Shown here: positions 55,570 to 64,000 of the stretch, piece after piece | How the letters are laid out: the number at the start of each line of letters is the position of its first letter | Position numbering within the stretch: position 1 is the first letter of the stretch | Virus record (IMG/VR): IMGVR_UViG_3300037608_000261 | Location: 1 to 64,000 of that record | Length of the DNA: 64,000 bases | Strand: one strand, 5' to 3' | Source: a virus | Lineage: Duplodnaviria > Caudoviricetes | Notes under the pieces: generated by a model | The model's database searches: none | The model's input: only the letters and a program-made list of their open reading frames with translations | What the model was told of the DNA's origin: nothing | Translations under genes and position numbers: made by a program

Positions 55570-56390
55570 TGAAAGACCTCCATAGTGGTAAACCTTGTTT
55601 CCTCGGACCAATCCGACCACACTGCTTCTTCGCCTTCCTCATCACCCACAGCGCCGCGATACCGGACACGCCAGAAATAGACATTAGCAGCTTCCAGATT
55701 TTCTGCCGGAACAATATGGCTTCTCAGATCTGCACACGCCCCGCTATCGTAGGCTGGGTCGTCGTCATAGGTCCCGTCCTCTGTCCGAATCTGCCATTGG
55801 CTCTTTCCGTGGGTGTCGTCTTCGTTGGAGTGTAAGACAAACTCGCTTGCTGTCAAGGTGGGCGTTTCACCAATGTCCTCGGCCTCATCCTCGGGGGATT
55901 CATTCAAGGGCGGCTCAATAAATTCATAATCGAACACCTGGAATGGCACACAGTAATGCTTCTCACAAACGCCAGGGGCCTCTCCTATGATCTCGCTGCG
56001 CATGATATATAACGACACCACCCGGACGTCGGTATCGTTGATAAATTCCCGGTACGAAGCCACAGTCTGTTTCGGGATGTCAGGATCTCCGATAAGGAGA
56101 ACTACGGGCTGGTCCATATTCCCGTCAGGTTCGCCGCCTGTATCCACGGCCCCGAAGGGAAATTCATCGGGGATCAAAACGGCCTTGGCCATGACAGGAT
56201 CGAGGTATTCGATTGCCCTCTCTTCACTTTCCAAGGCACCGACCACATCCTGATTAACAGCCACCGTTTCGAGGGAATCCGGATCCGGCTTGAAAAGCAG
56301 AACATCAAAGGCATCCGGGTGATTTCTGACAAAGACCATGAAGTCCTCTGACATCGCTTTATTGAAGCCCCTGTAGTCACGTGGTTTCAT
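55566..56390 (-). CDS. Neck/head-closure protein (P1 gp7-like) with a C-terminal FN3-like domain
   Basis: PDAFDVLLFKP N-terminus; SQWQI...YDSG...YFWRVRYR...WSDWS FN3 signature. Confidence 0.65.
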   Translation of the reverse strand: MKPRDYRGFNKAMSEDFMVFVRNHPDAFDVLLFKPDPDSLETVAVNQDVVGALESEERAIEYLDPVMAKAVLIPDEFPFGAVDTGGEPDGNMDQPVVLLIGDPDIPKQTVASYREFINDTDVRVVSLYIMRSEIIGEAPGVCEKHYCVPFQVFDYEFIEPPLNESPEDEAEDIGETPTLTASEFVLHSNEDDTHGKSQWQIRTEDGTYDDDPAYDSGACADLRSHIVPAENLEAANVYFWRVRYRGAVGDEEGEEAVWSDWSEETRFTTMEVFQ

Positions 56391-57595
56391 AGGATGCTCG
56401 CCTCCTTTCCCAATTTCTCGACCTCTTTCACAGTCATTTTGTTTGCATCTGCAAATGACTTTATAGCCTCGTCTTTCGGCTTTTTGCCAATCTGAACTGC
56501 TCGCAGGATATGGGCATCAAGCTTGCCAATAAGGATGTCTCTGTCTTTGGCCGCTGATTCTTTTTCGAGTTGTTTGTTTTTCTTAATTTCATGCTTCAGT
56601 AGTGTTTCTGATACCGTTCCCTTGCCAAGCATAGCATCCATCTTTTTCTCCGTTTTTTTCGTTCTTCCGGTGAGAAGACTTAATATCTTTTGTCCTATCC
56701 CCTGCTGCGCCTTCTTCATGTCCTTGAAAGCCTTCACAATATCAACGTTCCCGCTGAGTTCTGATGCCTGTAAATCTTTCCCTTCCATGAACGTCTCTGT
56801 GGGTCGCTCTCCATGCAGCAGGCGACTGAACCAGCCCTTTTTCTGGGCTTGCGCCTTCATCTCCAGGGCGATCCGGCTTTGCACAAAGGGTGTCTGCATG
56901 ACGGCTAACGTTTTTATGACATGTTTGCAGCAACATCCTTGCAACTTCGGGTTCCGTATCTTTGGGAAAGCAAATTCTTTAGGGTCAAGGGCAAAGCCAC
57001 CGATAGTAGCCAAATAACGATACCAATACTGATGTCTACCACAGTCACAGTCGAAGGATACCCGGCCACGGGCTGCGCTTGCCGCTGCAGGTAAATAAGT
57101 ATCGCCCCTTCCCGCTCTGACCTCATGTTCCCAGTCTTCTATCCGAATTTTTACTTGATGATAACCATTATCATTTTGGCTTGTTGCCCGGAATAGCATA
57201 ATGGACCCGTCAAACTTGTAAAGGGTTGAATTTGTGATCTTCTTTGCCCTTTCAATGTCAATCTTTCGAGAAGACCGGATCAAATCCGCCACAGAAACAC
57301 CCCTTGTCGATTCCCCGAATTTGCCCTCGGCCTTCTCCATGGCCTTTGCCATTTTGTTAAGATCGGCCAACGTGTATGAAACTTTACCACCTTGAGAGCC
57401 AAGATCGAGAACAAGCTTTTGTTTTCCACTTTGGGTAACCTCACGTCGTCTCCGCAAAAGATCGGGAGTAAGAAAAGCATCTCGCCTGTCGGCTTGACGC
57501 TCGGTGCTTTTCTTTGCCCAAACCCGTTTGAACATCTTCTCAAACTGCTTTAACTCATCCTTCTTTTTATCGCCGAAAAGTCCGAAAAAAGCCAT
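56387..57595 (-). CDS. P1 gp25-like protein with a SWIM-type zinc finger
   Basis: DCDCGRHQYWYRY...PKIRNP...CCKH motif. Confidence 0.7.
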   Translation of the reverse strand: MAFFGLFGDKKKDELKQFEKMFKRVWAKKSTERQADRRDAFLTPDLLRRRREVTQSGKQKLVLDLGSQGGKVSYTLADLNKMAKAMEKAEGKFGESTRGVSVADLIRSSRKIDIERAKKITNSTLYKFDGSIMLFRATSQNDNGYHQVKIRIEDWEHEVRAGRGDTYLPAAASAARGRVSFDCDCGRHQYWYRYLATIGGFALDPKEFAFPKIRNPKLQGCCCKHVIKTLAVMQTPFVQSRIALEMKAQAQKKGWFSRLLHGERPTETFMEGKDLQASELSGNVDIVKAFKDMKKAQQGIGQKILSLLTGRTKKTEKKMDAMLGKGTVSETLLKHEIKKNKQLEKESAAKDRDILIGKLDAHILRAVQIGKKPKDEAIKSFADANKMTVKEVEKLGKEASIL

Positions 57596-57612
57596 TATAA
57601 TTTATCCCTGCT

Positions 57613-57641
57613 TTGACTTATTGTAACATATTTGTTAATAT
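57613..57641 (+). promoter_or_regulatory. TA operon promoter with a palindromic operator
   Basis: TTGACT-17 nt-TAATAT with TAACA-N4-TGTTA in the spacer; ATG 7 nt after the -10. Confidence 0.6.
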
Positions 57642-57648
57642 CTCTATT

Positions 57649-57933
57649 ATGCAGTGGGAGATTGAGTATTACAGTGAGAAGGTAAGAACAACCATTGATG
57701 CCTGGCCGGTTGGAATAAGGGCTTTTTATGCGAGAACGGTGGACAGAATCATGATATACGGCCCTGAGTTGCCGTTTCCTTTTACCAGAAGCATAGGAAA
57801 TAAACTTTTTGAAATCAGAGCTATTGGCAAACAAGGCATAGGTCGCGCCTTTTATTGTACCGACAAGACGCCGCTTCGAGAACTTGAAACGGCAAGAAAA
57901 AGATTGCAAGAGGTGCAATATGAAAACACATGA
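57649..57933 (+). pseudogene. RelE/HigB (Gp49/DUF891-like) toxin with an apparent internal in-frame deletion
   Basis: LFEIR..G..GIGRAFYCT joins directly to DKTP; the usual xxxIxxLHxFxKK segment is absent. Confidence 0.65.
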
Positions 57934-58210
57934 TGAAATGGTGTCCGATTGGATGAAAGACCCTGAGTTTAAAGTCGCATACGACGCCCTTGAGGATGAT
58001 TTTACCCTCTTTGATGAATGCCTCAAAGCCCGAAAACGGATAGGTCTTACCCAGGAACAGATAGCGGATCGTATGGGTACAAAGGCATCTGCTGTAGCAA
58101 GGATAGAAGCAGGCGGAGGCAGTAAAAAACATTCTCCGTCAATTGCCACACTTCGCCGGTACGCCGATGCTGTTGGATGTAAGCTCAAGATTGAGTTGGT
58201 AGAAAAGTAA
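57920..58210 (+). CDS. XRE-HTH antitoxin (HigA-like)
   Basis: DPEFKVAYDALE...GLTQEQIADRMGTKASAVARIE...PSIATLRRYA. Confidence 0.85.
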   Translation: MKTHDEMVSDWMKDPEFKVAYDALEDDFTLFDECLKARKRIGLTQEQIADRMGTKASAVARIEAGGGSKKHSPSIATLRRYADAVGCKLKIELVEK

Positions 58211-58223
58211 GAACCGTTATGTA

Positions 58224-58532
58224 TCATTCTCCGGTATCTCCAGCGTAAAACTTGATCCGCTCACGTATCCAGACAGTCGGGGGTAATCTGATTAATGTTC
58301 CTGCCTCCAGAACCTCTCGCATATCATCCAGGCCCGCAGCAATTAGAACAACCCACTTCAAGAGATCGGTGCCGTAGAAACGGTAGGCAACCAGTTCCGG
58401 CATATATACCTCATCGGGCTGTATTTCGTATTGTGGCCAGTCGTCGTTCCCTTTTTTGATCTCGCGGTACAGGTCGGACCGTAAGAGGTCGTCAGCGATG
58501 TTATATGGCGAAAGCCGCGATATTGTTGTCAT
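58224..58532 (-). CDS. Baseplate wedge LysM-like protein (P1 gp26/T4 gp53-like)
   Basis: PELVAYRFYG...WVVLI...G..IRLP motif. Confidence 0.75.
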   Translation of the reverse strand: MTTISRLSPYNIADDLLRSDLYREIKKGNDDWPQYEIQPDEVYMPELVAYRFYGTDLLKWVVLIAAGLDDMREVLEAGTLIRLPPTVWIRERIKFYAGDTGE

Positions 58533-58753
58533 AACAGGGCACCTTCTTGTAAGGTTTCCTGGCTCTTGCTGTCTCCTGTAATGAGAACCATTTCCCCATT
58601 AAGTATTATTTGATCACCTATTTTCAATGGCGTTGATGCTTCCCAGTTCATATTTTTCATTTCTCCTTTGTCTCCTGGAATCTTGGTAATCCCGTTACTT
58701 GCCCTCACTCGTTGGCCGTTCTTTTTCTCTCTTTTGAACCGCTCAATGGTCAT
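58529..58753 (-). CDS. Hypothetical protein
   Basis: ATGA overlaps at both ends. Confidence 0.45.
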   Translation of the reverse strand: MTIERFKREKKNGQRVRASNGITKIPGDKGEMKNMNWEASTPLKIGDQIILNGEMVLITGDSKSQETLQEGALL

Positions 58754-59412
58754 CTTCTTTCTTCCATCTCCTTTGCCAACTCTTCCCTTGCCTCTTCCAA
58801 TGCTTTCCCTTTGCCTAAATCCATGGCGGCGAATATCTTTGCCCATCGCCTTACCGGATTGTTGTCTTCAGGATCTGGAATGGGCTCCCCAAACATGGCA
58901 GCAATAAAGCGGTCGCTCAAAGGTTCAGTCATAGCGGCAACAACACAGAGAAGGATGGCTCGGTGCCCACCGGTAAATGACGACCAATCAATTGAGTAGT
59001 ACGGTTTCCCTTTCTCATCCTGCTTCTTTTCAACCTTCTGACCCTCGCCGCCCGCCCGAATCAGAAACCGCTTTGCATCGTCGTCGGCTATCAGGTTTCC
59101 CATATCCTGCAAGGCAAAATACCAGTCAAGTGCATTATACAGGTTGCTGCGTTCCTCGATATCTTCAAGGAGATATTGCGTTGCATACTGCGCAATTAAG
59201 TCGGTCTTTTCCTCAACGATCACGACATAGCCCTTAGCTTTTTTGTCAATTATTTCATCTACAATGGGCTTACGCCAGAAGGCAAACATCCCGGCAATAG
59301 GATCAACTCGACTGATAACAAGTTGTTCTCCATTGAACACAGCATACGCCTTACTCCGTTGAGTCCCCATTAAGGAGATGGTCATTATTTTCAGGATTTC
59401 GCCGGTATTCAT
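58750..59412 (-). CDS. Conserved hypothetical protein of the morphogenesis region
   Basis: Coupled to the terminase large subunit gene; function not recognised. Confidence 0.55.
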   Translation of the reverse strand: MNTGEILKIMTISLMGTQRSKAYAVFNGEQLVISRVDPIAGMFAFWRKPIVDEIIDKKAKGYVVIVEEKTDLIAQYATQYLLEDIEERSNLYNALDWYFALQDMGNLIADDDAKRFLIRAGGEGQKVEKKQDEKGKPYYSIDWSSFTGGHRAILLCVVAAMTEPLSDRFIAAMFGEPIPDPEDNNPVRRWAKIFAAMDLGKGKALEEAREELAKEMEERR

Positions 59413-60902
59413 GATGCTTCTCCCTCAGCTATGATCTTTCTGGCCATGGCAAGGAGTTCATTTTCCTCGCCACTTGTTATCTCAATGTCTTCCCCTGCCG
59501 GTGTGTAGTCAACCAGGAAGAAAAAGCAATGAGTATCAAACCGGTCAGGCGATTTGATACCGTTGGACTTCATCTGCTCTTTAGGCATCATCTGATACCG
59601 TCCGGCCTCTTCAATCTTGTAGGGGAGAAGCGACCCTTGTTCGACGGTCTTTTTGTGGCCATCAATTCTCATCCGGCCTTCAAAGATCGCTTCCCTGACC
59701 TTCACGTGAGAATAGGCCCTCAAGTTCTTGTATCGTCTTCTGTCCCCCTCCGTATGTGGAGGAAGGCCCCAGTGGATACGTTCCACAACGTACCCCAGGT
59801 CTTCAAGCTCAAGGATTGTTGCACGTCCGGCGCCATCTGCATCAATGGCTATGGTGATATTTGGAAGACCCATGACCCTCTCGTGTATCTTGTGAGCAAA
59901 TTGCTTTTCATTCAAATCATTGTATTCCATGCAATCAACGACCTGAACCCGGCGATCCGGCCCATACCCGGATACTTTCCCAAGGGTCCATACTGACGAG
60001 TCCCGGTGAACGCCTTCCCCGACGTCGCCGGTAATTACCCACCCCCAAGGAACCAGATGAACGATGACGAGAAGTTTCGATTCTTCAAGCCAGCTCCGGG
60101 GGATCAGGAAACCGGAAAGGTTATCCGGGAAACGCCCGAGCACCTTGATTTGATATTCCGGGCTATGGTGCCCACCGTATTCGATCAGTTTTTCCCGTAT
60201 GAACTCCCTGGAAACGAGGGGGCTTTCTTCCGAGTTGAACGTCAGGCATGTGTAAATGTCTCTCAGTGACTTGAAGGCATCCGCAAAGTGGCCTACCGTC
60301 CGTGTCGGCTGTGATATCATTACATAGCGGTTTTCCTTATTCGTAAGGCCTCCGCGAAGAACACCATGAATTTCATCCTCCACACCACTCGCCTCATCGA
60401 CCAGCACGGTATACCATTGGCGATGTTGGCCGGCCACGCCTTCCGGTTTATGTTTTGGGGCCGTCTTGGGGATAACATACCAGCTATCTTTATGCCCACG
60501 TGCGTAGTACCGCTGAGTCTCTTTGATGAAATATTCATTCAGCCACGGGTAACGCTCTGCTACTTGGGCAGTTACTGTGTCCAGTTCCTTCCATACAACT
60601 GTTCGGAGCTGGGAAACGTTCGTGGAGGTCAGCATTGTGTTGCTCCACGGGTATACCTTCAAAAGCCAGTCGCACGTTACTGCATAGCATCTACTTTTAC
60701 CGGTTCCATGGCCGCTCCCGGCAGCGGTACGGCTACCCGGCTTTTCTATCGCCTCAAACAAGTCACGTTGCTGCCAAGTTGGGTCCATGCCCGTGACTTC
60801 GATTGCATACCGATTAAGTTGATGCCTGTACCGCATACAAAAGTCCTTGTAGCGGTTCAAGATCGTACTTGGGGCAGATAATATGCTATGATTCTTGGCC
60901 AC
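59409..60902 (-). CDS. pacB: Terminase large subunit (P1 PacB-like)
   Basis: PTWQQ...SGHGTGKS Walker A, VDEASGV Walker B, DVGEG nuclease motif, KSPDRFD. Confidence 0.9.
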   Translation of the reverse strand: MAKNHSILSAPSTILNRYKDFCMRYRHQLNRYAIEVTGMDPTWQQRDLFEAIEKPGSRTAAGSGHGTGKSRCYAVTCDWLLKVYPWSNTMLTSTNVSQLRTVVWKELDTVTAQVAERYPWLNEYFIKETQRYYARGHKDSWYVIPKTAPKHKPEGVAGQHRQWYTVLVDEASGVEDEIHGVLRGGLTNKENRYVMISQPTRTVGHFADAFKSLRDIYTCLTFNSEESPLVSREFIREKLIEYGGHHSPEYQIKVLGRFPDNLSGFLIPRSWLEESKLLVIVHLVPWGWVITGDVGEGVHRDSSVWTLGKVSGYGPDRRVQVVDCMEYNDLNEKQFAHKIHERVMGLPNITIAIDADGAGRATILELEDLGYVVERIHWGLPPHTEGDRRRYKNLRAYSHVKVREAIFEGRMRIDGHKKTVEQGSLLPYKIEEAGRYQMMPKEQMKSNGIKSPDRFDTHCFFFLVDYTPAGEDIEITSGEENELLAMARKIIAEGEAS

Positions 60903-61824
60903 GGTCCCCTTTTGTCATCTCAGCGTCGGGGCCGAAAGATTCGATATCCTTCAACTCGTCTTTAATCCCCTGGACTTCATCACGACGTTTCGGCACCCAT
61001 TCCTGTTCCTGTTTATCAATTTCTGCCATTTTGCGCCTATACCCAGCCTCAAGCTCAGCGTCATCCATAGCTGGCGGGAGTTCTGGAGGAGGAACGTCGG
61101 GTGGTGTTTTTTCGAGTTCAATCTTCATGACTTCGGGGATCTGTTCGCCGATCATGTAGAGTTTGTATGCAGCCTCCTTGGCGGTTATATTCTCGGCGAG
61201 CAATTCTTTTATGATTGCAACGGCCTCACGGCTCGGCACGGGTTTGTCTCCATATCCTCTTTTCCTGCCTTTTGTTTTCAGTCCGAAGATTGTTGACACC
61301 TCCGCTCCAGCAATAATATTTCGATGGAGGGCCTCTTCCCATGCGTCAATCTTGGCCTCATTAACCTCGTCATATCTCGCCATGAAAGCATTGTCCGTAT
61401 CTCGCCAGTGGTAAAATGTTTGCCGTGATATACCAGCCTCTTTACATGCTTTGTAGATGCAGAAACGATTGTTCGTGAGGGCTTCAAGAAACCTATCCTG
61501 GCACGCTCGCGTGAGTTCTTTCCTGCGGCTTCCGATCCGGGGAGGGTTTTTACTTCCTCTTGTTGTTTTAACTTCCGCTTTCTTTGAAATATTTTTCTTC
61601 AACACTTTTGCAGCAACTGTTACCTTCTTCTTTGAAGGCGCCTTCGATTTTTTTGTGGCCACCACTTTCGCTTTTTTCACTTCCGGGCCATTCTTCTTTA
61701 CCGTAGTGACCTTCGGTGCGGCTTTAGACTTTAAGGCTGTGCTCTTCCCAGACCCGGATAATCCCTTTTTGTCCGCTCTTTGTACAATTGCAGATGTTCC
61801 TGTTTTTACTACTTTATTTCCCAT
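60886..61824 (-). CDS. pacA: Terminase small subunit (P1 PacA-like) with a Lys-rich N-terminal extension
   Basis: HTH (KACKEAGISRQTFYHW), IFGLKTKGRKRGY and MDDAELE C-terminus. Confidence 0.8.
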   Translation of the reverse strand: MGNKVVKTGTSAIVQRADKKGLSGSGKSTALKSKAAPKVTTVKKNGPEVKKAKVVATKKSKAPSKKKVTVAAKVLKKNISKKAEVKTTRGSKNPPRIGSRRKELTRACQDRFLEALTNNRFCIYKACKEAGISRQTFYHWRDTDNAFMARYDEVNEAKIDAWEEALHRNIIAGAEVSTIFGLKTKGRKRGYGDKPVPSREAVAIIKELLAENITAKEAAYKLYMIGEQIPEVMKIELEKTPPDVPPPELPPAMDDAELEAGYRRKMAEIDKQEQEWVPKRRDEVQGIKDELKDIESFGPDAEMTKGDRGQES

Positions 61825-62273
61825 GTACGTCTCCCTTTCAGGATATTTGGCACCTTTGCCCCTCGCTCCGCCCAGCCAAGATTAACAGCCAATAACTCAT
61901 TAAAATCCTTCGTTGTATGATCATTGAGCCTACCAAATGGCTTCCCAATATGCCTAAGTTCGTGGTACATGAGTAGGGCCCGTTGCTCTAAGGTCATGTA
62001 ATCACACATAGATTCATAAAAAACAATTGCATAAAGCTTATTTGTGAACAAACTGATTGGATGATCTCCAAACCTATAGCACCGCGCAAGCGCCTTGGGG
62101 CGAGACTTCATTTCCTGCAAGAAAAGAATCTCTTCAAGGTTAATAAAATCAAAGACTTCATATCGGCGTATAATATTATTTGCCAATTTCTTAAGATCAG
62201 CCGATTCTTTATATTCGAGAAACATATTTTGCTTTTTCTCCAAGCTATTCCGGCCTGTCCGGTTTTTCCTCAC
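61809..62273 (-). CDS. Phage putative metallopeptidase
   Basis: ALLMYHELRHI HExxH motif followed by HTTKDF. Confidence 0.7.
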   Translation of the reverse strand: MRKNRTGRNSLEKKQNMFLEYKESADLKKLANNIIRRYEVFDFINLEEILFLQEMKSRPKALARCYRFGDHPISLFTNKLYAIVFYESMCDYMTLEQRALLMYHELRHIGKPFGRLNDHTTKDFNELLAVNLGWAERGAKVPNILKGRRTWEIK

Positions 62274-62676
62274 TTGCCTTTATCGTTGACTCCATACCTT
62301 TATTTGTCCCCTTTATCTCATCGATGCGGACATTCACTTCGTGCTCAATGGCGGCCAAGAGCACCTTCCTTGCTCCTTCTCTAATAATATCAATATCTTC
62401 TACCCGTAAGATGCTCTTATGTCCTTCCCCTTTATTTTCTGTTTTGACCGGAACACCACTCTTTGTAGGCACATTCATCCTTTCATCCCTCCAGGCTTGA
62501 TATTTCTCCTTACTCATTTCGAGCCTGCCGCTTATTTTTTGAACAGGAAGGTTCTCGTTTTTGATCCTGCTGACAACCGCCTGCCAATCCGATAGTTGCA
62601 GAAAATGCAGAATCCCCTTGCGGCCAATGATTAAGTCATCATCGCGGTCAGCAATAGGATCATCCTTCATCTTCAT
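62245..62676 (-). CDS. Hypothetical protein with a possible N-terminal HTH
   Basis: IIGRKGILHFLQLSDW...LPVQKISGR excisionase-like pattern; GGAGG SD; ATGA overlap. Confidence 0.5.
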   Translation of the reverse strand: MKMKDDPIADRDDDLIIGRKGILHFLQLSDWQAVVSRIKNENLPVQKISGRLEMSKEKYQAWRDERMNVPTKSGVPVKTENKGEGHKSILRVEDIDIIREGARKVLLAAIEHEVNVRIDEIKGTNKGMESTIKASEEKPDRPE

Positions 62677-63194
62677 GCCTCCATTGTATCTGCACATGTG
62701 ACAGCAACCGCCAGCGCTGCCCACCCATGCCCGGATATACCAAACAGCCTGCCACCCTTGATAACATCCTTGTTTCCTTTTTTATTGTACTTGACATATT
62801 GCAGGTCTTCCAACTTATCAATAAGTGCTTGCCGAATATATGTATCGTTCGTCGTGGTGTTGCCGCAAAGATGATTTTTAATATCCTTTCGCGGTATGAG
62901 TTTGACAATAGGAATCCCGGCTTCCCTTGCCGATATATCGAACCTTCCTATCCATTCACATGTTTCATAAGTATCATTCCCGGCAACCTGTCCGTATCCC
63001 CTGATTCTTTCTATTGCCAGTGCTGTGAGTCTGTGGCCCTTAACCAGATAATGCCTCAATGCTTCATTTTCCATCGTACCAGCCTCGGCCCTTGCTCCAT
63101 CCCAAATAACATAACCGCTTTCTTTTGGCCCCGGATCAATACCCAATATCCTCATACCCTCAGATCCTTTCATCGTCCTTTTTCCTCCTGTCAT
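62673..63194 (-). CDS. RuvC-like Holliday junction resolvase
   Basis: ILGIDPG, LAIERI and terminal WAALAVA motifs. Confidence 0.75.
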   Translation of the reverse strand: MTGGKRTMKGSEGMRILGIDPGPKESGYVIWDGARAEAGTMENEALRHYLVKGHRLTALAIERIRGYGQVAGNDTYETCEWIGRFDISAREAGIPIVKLIPRKDIKNHLCGNTTTNDTYIRQALIDKLEDLQYVKYNKKGNKDVIKGGRLFGISGHGWAALAVAVTCADTMEA

Positions 63195-64000
63195 CGTTTA
63201 TATGTCACCCCCATTTGTGAAGCTAAATTATCTACAAGGTCATTCACCTGTTTAATCTTTTCAGGGTCTGGGTCCTCATGTTCAAAGACTTCAGTTTTTT
63301 TGGGAGTATCTTTTTGTGGTTGTGCAGGTTTTTGTTCGGCTACTTTAATTTTTTCCGGGAAATATCCCTTACGTTCCCAGACACCGATGGTGGCATAGTC
63401 AGACTCATATTCTTTCCGCCACTTTTTAATACCCTTTGATTCAATTTTCAAATTCATGTAATCAAGCAATTCTTGAAAATGGCTGTTGTATTTGACTTTC
63501 AGTTTTTCATGCTCATCTTCAGTTAAAAGCAAGTGACCGAAAAGCTTCTTTTCGGGTAAAGTTTCTTCTTCTTTTTTCTTTTGTATAGTTTCTTTCTTTT
63601 CTTTTGTGGTCGTCTGTAGAGACGATAGAAATGTCGTCTGTAGAGACGATATTAGCGACACGAAATGACGATAGCAACCCTGCCTATCGTCTGGATTGAC
63701 GATAAGGAACTCTTTGATCATTTCGTGCAATTTATGGTGACAAGGCAGACAGACAAAAATGGTATTTTCCTTAATGTCCTTTCCACCCATAGATTTAGGT
63801 AAGATATGATGATTATTTATATTTCCATTAAAACTGAATTCGTTAAAACAGAACCCGCAGAGAGTGTTATGCGATGACTTGTAGCGATACCCAGGCGGGG
63901 GAAACCACTTCGGCCTTGTGTCTCTGTAGACGATATTTGTCGTCTCAGGTGACGATACCTTCCATGTGTCCCAATCCTTATTGAACCCTATCGAATGCCC
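63191..64000 (-). CDS. Lambda O-like replication initiator with an internal HNH domain (5' end beyond the window)
   Basis: The frame is open from 64000: IGFNKDWDTWK, then CGFC...HHILPKSMGGKD..N...CLPCHHKLH, then a C-terminal LTEDEHEKL...YESDYATI..W domain. Confidence 0.7.
   Translation of the reverse strand, partial: GHSIGFNKDWDTWKVSSPETTNIVYRDTRPKWFPPPGYRYKSSHNTLCGFCFNEFSFNGNINNHHILPKSMGGKDIKENTIFVCLPCHHKLHEMIKEFLIVNPDDRQGCYRHFVSLISSLQTTFLSSLQTTTKEKKETIQKKKEEETLPEKKLFGHLLLTEDEHEKLKVKYNSHFQELLDYMNLKIESKGIKKWRKEYESDYATIGVWERKGYFPEKIKVAEQKPAQPQKDTPKKTEVFEHEDPDPEKIKQVNDLVDNLASQMGVTYKR
63610..63957. repeat. Iteron-like palindromic 18-mers TCGTCT-N5-GACGATA (putative lytic origin)
   Basis: Copies at 63610, 63634, 63687, 63918 (degenerate) and 63940, inside the replication gene next to an AT-rich tract. 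Confidence 0.7.

Noticed and set aside
60886-61824. P1-like pac site made of clustered GATC hexamers
   Set aside because: No such cluster is visible in pacA.
18764-62384. Many plus-strand ORFs of 60-256 aa antisense to structural genes
   Set aside because: Shadow frames of long minus-strand genes, with no motifs or ribosome-binding sites.

Overview
The window is a ~64 kb segment of a temperate contractile-tailed phage with P1-like gene content and order. Almost all core genes lie on the minus strand. Reading from the right end: a lambda O-like replication gene (truncated by the window edge; it contains an HNH segment and iterons), a RuvC-like resolvase, pacA/pacB terminase, baseplate/neck genes, major capsid, sheath, tube, tape measure, baseplate, tail fibre, an expanded Dar anti-restriction operon (hdf, darA, two polyvalent proteins, ddrB-like, darB, ulx), then portal, prohead protease and a lysis cassette. 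A non-enterobacterial host (possibly Desulfobacterota) is an inference only. Two accessory loci interrupt the core. The large one (5.4-17.1 kb) holds a tRNA-Lys 3'-half att-like site, an NYN plus STAND/NACHT pair, a 3.87-kb IS1-family element with passenger genes and an exact 9-bp target duplication, PLD/AP2/IHF genes, and an integron-like cassette array (attI-like site, three attC-like sites) with a Shedu-type nuclease and a HEPN-like gene. The small one (50.5-52.7 kb) holds an FRG gene and a membrane protein. A 46-bp-period repeat array sits upstream of both loci in the same relative orientation. Strongest leads: (1) the phage-borne integron-like defence cassette array; (2) the unexplained 46-bp arrays; (3) a shared helical motif, each time following an xxE site, that may target cargo proteins to the capsid; (4) the IS1 passenger element with leaderless promoters and a shared operator. 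Domain calls come from motif recognition, not database searches.
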